From Eledone cirrhosa (Eukaryota): a stretch of DNA of 64,000 nt. The position numbers and the translations under genes are program-made. Each line of letters opens with the position of its first letter. Position 1 is the first letter of the stretch. The notes under the pieces were generated by a model. The model searched no databases and was not told where the DNA came from. It saw nothing but the letters and a program-made list of their open reading frames with translations. Below, in pieces: positions 59,470-64,000 of the stretch. The stretch spans positions 87,544,001 to 87,608,000 of the forward strand of contig OZ024746.1 of NCBI GenBank assembly GCA_964016885.1, written 5' to 3'.

Positions 59470-62408
59470 TGGTTAATTACTACACTCGATAGAAGTAACG
59501 TATGTGAGGGGTTACTTAACGAGTTATAGAAGAATAGTTGAAGAAACTCAGTTCCTGATCCTTCTGTATTCCGGAGTGTAGATAAAGAATGAATAATTAC
59601 AGGTAGACATCATAAAAAGGTAATTTATTATGTGGGTTTAAAATGTTTCCACGGTGGTTATACAGACTAGTTATGCTATGTGCATATTAATAACTATTTG
59701 CAAAACTCAATTATGAAATACTGTGACCACTGTATCATCAGAGCATAATGGTTAAAATGTAAAATGTAAATACCCTTAAGTGAGGTTATTGGGGAAGATA
59801 GAGTAGAAAAGGAAGAGAGAAAAGAAGGGGAAGGGAGAGAGAGAGAGAGATATGCAGGGGTTGGAGAAATGGGAGAGAGTGGTTTGTAGAATACAGATAT
59901 ATTAATCAAAATGTTTGTGGTAGGGTTTTATTATACTGGTTATTCTTAAAGCGACAACCTTCAGCGATACGTTCACAGTTAAGGTTGGAATTATTTATTG
60001 CCACATAGGGCAGGTTCATAGATGTGGAGAGGGAGGGAGGTGGACCGAGGGCGAGAGAGAGAGAGAGAGAGAGGGGGAGGGAATGGAGAGCGAGGGAGAG
60101 ATAGAGAGGGGACAGACTAAAGCTATGGGATATGCGTACATTGAGTTCATAGTTGTAGGCTACAAATTGCACTAAGTTTCCATTTATAGTGATAAGCAGG
60201 GTATTGTCTTGTAGTGTGAGGGAAGAGAAAGTGGTTAGCTAGAAAGCAATGTTATAGTTACGGGTTCGAATGTTAAGTTATTTTATAGTGAGATAATTTA
60301 GCCTTCAGTTCGTGGTTGCAGAATAATGATCGTTCGATTCTATCATGAAGTAAATTATTTTTGGATTTTAAGATGTAAAATAGTTCAAGGTTACATAACC
60401 TACAGAAATTCAATCCACTCCGATATGCACTAGCGCTGGAAAGTATATCCCATTTCAAGGTGAACTGTTGGTTGCGTTCACGGAGTTGCCAGGTCTTGTT
60501 GGCGAGCGTGGTCACAAAACGGTGATTAGGATGTTTAATTGAGAATCGATGACGATACCAGCTAGATATAAAGGAGGTAGTGGTAGACCCGATGTAATAC
60601 CATTTTTGGTCGTTCGATTCAACAGTGCATTGTTAAACAATGTTGGACTTTATGCATTTATTCTTCAATGGACATCTTTCAGGTAGGTGGCAGTTACAGT
60701 TTTTATTGTGGGTAGCGGGTACACCATGGATAGGTTGGGATAGCAGTAGCGTTGTGTAATACCCGTCTCCCATTTAGTGGTTGGGAGGCCGATACAACGT
60801 TATGCTCATCTGTTATTAAAATATTTTGTTTTGTAGTGTTGTTTAATTGCTTTAAGTTAAATATTTGTATGTATGCTTCAATGATTGGTGCAGTGGAGTA
60901 TGATAGTTTAATAGTTTTACAGTTCAGAATGTTACTGTATTTATGGAAACTAGGGAAATGCTTGTTGATTAACTTAAAGAATGAAAGAGATAGTTTTGTA
61001 CTAATCGAAGCATGAAAAATGGGATTATACCAAATATACTTTCTACAACGTGATTTATTTGGTGATGATTTTTCTATTATTAGTATGTCTGGTGGTACTG
61101 TATGTGTGCGCTTGTATTTATGTACCCCGGTTACGTATTCTTTGATTTCGTGTAGAGCTATGTGTGTTATGGAGATTATTTTCAATGTATTCTATTGTAT
61201 CCCAGTGGTCGGCATTCCTTTTGCATTATTATTGTATTCAGCATATTCACTGAAAATCTCAGAGTCAAATGATAGGCGAGAGAGAGTAAGAGAAATACTA
61301 CGGGGAACCGATTTGATCATGGAAAGTGGGTGGTTTGAGTTAAAATTGATATAGGTAAGGTTCTCATTTATCTTGTGGAAGGGTCGTATCAGTCCGGTAT
61401 TTAAATTAGGAGTTACGTCTAGAAAATGTACTACTTTAATATTGTATTCGTACGTTATTTTTACCCAGTTCACTAAAAGATTTTCTAATGTTTTTCCGTA
61501 GCCTTTCAAGACTTTGGTTATTTAAGTTATTAACTAATAAGAGCCCGCCATCTCTATATATTCCCCCATGTAGATTACTAAATTTACCATGTAGTATGTG
61601 GGCTATATAAATTCCCACAAGATCGGTGACTTCCGCTGAGTCGTTGGAGCCCATGGTAATGTCGAAGTTTGTGGGTATGTCATTACGTTCCCAGTAGCAG
61701 TTATCACATTTGATAATAGTTTTTCTAGCCTCTAGAATCATATTAATTTCGTCCTCCGTTAGGTCGGAATTGACTTTATCAAACGATAGGGCCTTACGTA
61801 AAGTGGCGGGCGAGATTCGTTTATGTCAAATTGTATAAACTTAGATTTATTCTTGTTCTTAACGTTATTAAACCAGCGAATTGCTTCGCTAGTGTTGCCC
61901 CATAATTTAATTTCTATTTTATTTGTCAATTAAGTTATTATTATGTCAAGTATATGTTTGATAATTTTTCCTATGTCTGATTTAGAAGGGCATATAAGTC
62001 TAATCTTAGAGTTAGAGTAAACATTTACCTCATGGTCCTTCAGGTTAAAGGTGGAGGTTGCGGGTATAATCGGCTTGGTTCTATCGTCTATCTTGAGATT
62101 CTTCACCACCTTGTATGTCTTGTTGTTAATATTTGATAGCGTAGTTTCACTTGGTTTTCACTTGTTTTACCAATGCTCTGTTGAATCGAACGACCAGAAA
62201 TGGTATTACATCGGGTTTACCACTACCGCATTTAAATCTCGGTTGAGAATCGATGACGATACCAGCGAGATTTAATGAGGTAGTAGTAGACCCAATGTAA
62301 TACCATTTCTGGTCGTTCGATTCAACAATGCATTGGTAAACAATGTTGGACTTTAGGCATTTATTCTTCAATGGACATCTTTCAGGTAGGTGGCAGTTAC
62401 GGTTTTTA

Positions 62409-62410
<2 letters not shown>
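59470..62410 (-). mobile_element. Naiad-type Penelope-like element (RT + GIY-YIG), decayed, with 5' duplicated/inverted EN segments
   Basis: RT: FDITMGSNDSAEVTDLVGIYI, GIYRDGGL, VHFLDV, YINFNSNHP, IWYNP; EN: CNCHLPERCPLKNKC...YYIGST...CRLCNLE. Confidence 0.92.
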
Positions 62411-62487
<77 letters not shown>

Positions 62488-62519
62488 TATATATATATAA
62501 GTTCTTTTCTTCTTGCATT

Positions 62520-63595
62520 CACTCGATGACTGGGATCATACAAGGTCAGTGATCCCACATGCATCACCGTACGTTTAGCCAACAAGTTCCACCAATGCCG
62601 TCCATTGCTAGCGGTGTCGTGCTACCCTCTCTGCATTATCCCAGGTGACGCCTCTGGAGAATGTTTTTATGACATCCACCGATCTAGTGCAGGGCTTGCC
62701 AGGGAGGCTCTTCCAAACTGTAGCTGTAGCTGCTCACATCGAATGTGAGGAGGGCCCTAGTATAATCATATGGCGGCAGGCGGAGCGCATATATGTACCA
62801 GCACATATGGTGAATGGCGATGTGGTGGGAGGATTTGGGCTGATACTTGCCCGCGATACTCCATGTTGGAAGCTTGTTTGTACCATCTGATGTTCTAGAT
62901 TTTCCTCAGGGGCTGATAACAAATGCATCCATTATCTTAGACACGGTCACTGTGAGGAGCCAAGATTATTGTATATAGAGAATAACCGAAAGTACCGATG
63001 AGTTATAGATTTGGAACTTCGCCTTCAAGGAGAAAGTACAGCGGCACCAAATCGGGGCCTCCATAACGAATGCATAAAACAGTTGCCATACCACACGCAC
63101 GCTTGATGTCCGGTGTCAGGTGAATGTCGATAACAGGTAAATGAAAGATATGTCAAAATCTACGATGTCGGGGCCAATATGATTACTCCCTATATATGAT
63201 GAATGCGTCCCTGAGACCATCGATCTAGCTGTTCATCAGGGTGGTCTTGTTTGGATGCACAATGTCGATAACCTAAATGTAATGCCATAAACTCGCTCCA
63301 TACCTTGGTCATCTGAAAGTCACTGACACAGATGAAGTGATCGGGGGGCTGCCACGCAGCCTAGTCTGAAACCGTCATAATCCTTTCAGGTTAACCCTAC
63401 GAAACTGTTGGAAGTGCTATAGAGTCGTTTGAACAGAGTCGAAATCTTGCACAGGGATGCGTTCTCGACCCAGTCGAAAGCTGCCTTGAGATCACCGATG
63501 GTCATGTAGAGCCGATGATCTCCGTGAAACTACTGAGATCTTTCAATTATAAGACGGAGTGTAGAAATTTGGTCGGCGGTAGATAGATTTGGCAT
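62520..63595 (-). mobile_element. RTE LINE RT-core fragment, decayed
   Basis: Minus-strand frames STADQISTLRLIIE...DLKAAFD.V, downstream KVPNL and LGSSQ*PC, PTTSPFTICAG. Confidence 0.8.
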
Positions 63596-63810
63596 TTATA
63601 TATATACTTACTTTCAGGTTAGTCTACCCTTGGTGGTAGGGTCCACGGGTAGACCACTGTGACAGATCAGACAAAATGTCAATATGATCGACCTTTCGAA
63701 ACGATCGTAAAACAATGATGTGAATAGTTAAATTAACTTGACTTTGATTTCTGTATTTTCATTGTTAATTTGATACATATTATATATATATATATATAAA
63801 GTATATATAA

Positions 63811-64000
<190 letters not shown>

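Overview
AT-rich, microsatellite-dense eukaryotic non-coding DNA. The repeat repertoire looks cephalopod/octopus-like, which is inference only. I found no convincing host protein-coding exon, and nearly all listed ORFs are microsatellite artefacts. The window holds decayed retroelements: Penelope-like elements (three Naiad-type, one Neptune-type), several RTE LINE fragments, an L1/Tx1 3' end, MetaSINE-type tRNA SINEs with TSDs, a mariner remnant and a probable non-autonomous Helitron. The main hidden signal is about 20 minimal type-I hammerhead ribozyme (HHR) motifs from about a dozen distinct sequence families, mostly in short fold-back or tandem elements embedded in (TA)n tracts. These include (i) a 2x466-bp tandem repeat with an intact HHR in each unit (retrozyme-like, predicted 466-nt self-cleaved and possibly circular RNA), (ii) HHR variants with a U3-A8 core covariation, and (iii) a Naiad GIY-YIG ORF with TGA at both conserved Cys of the CxLC motif (putative selenocysteine). 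All structures were folded and aligned by eye, and element boundaries are approximate.
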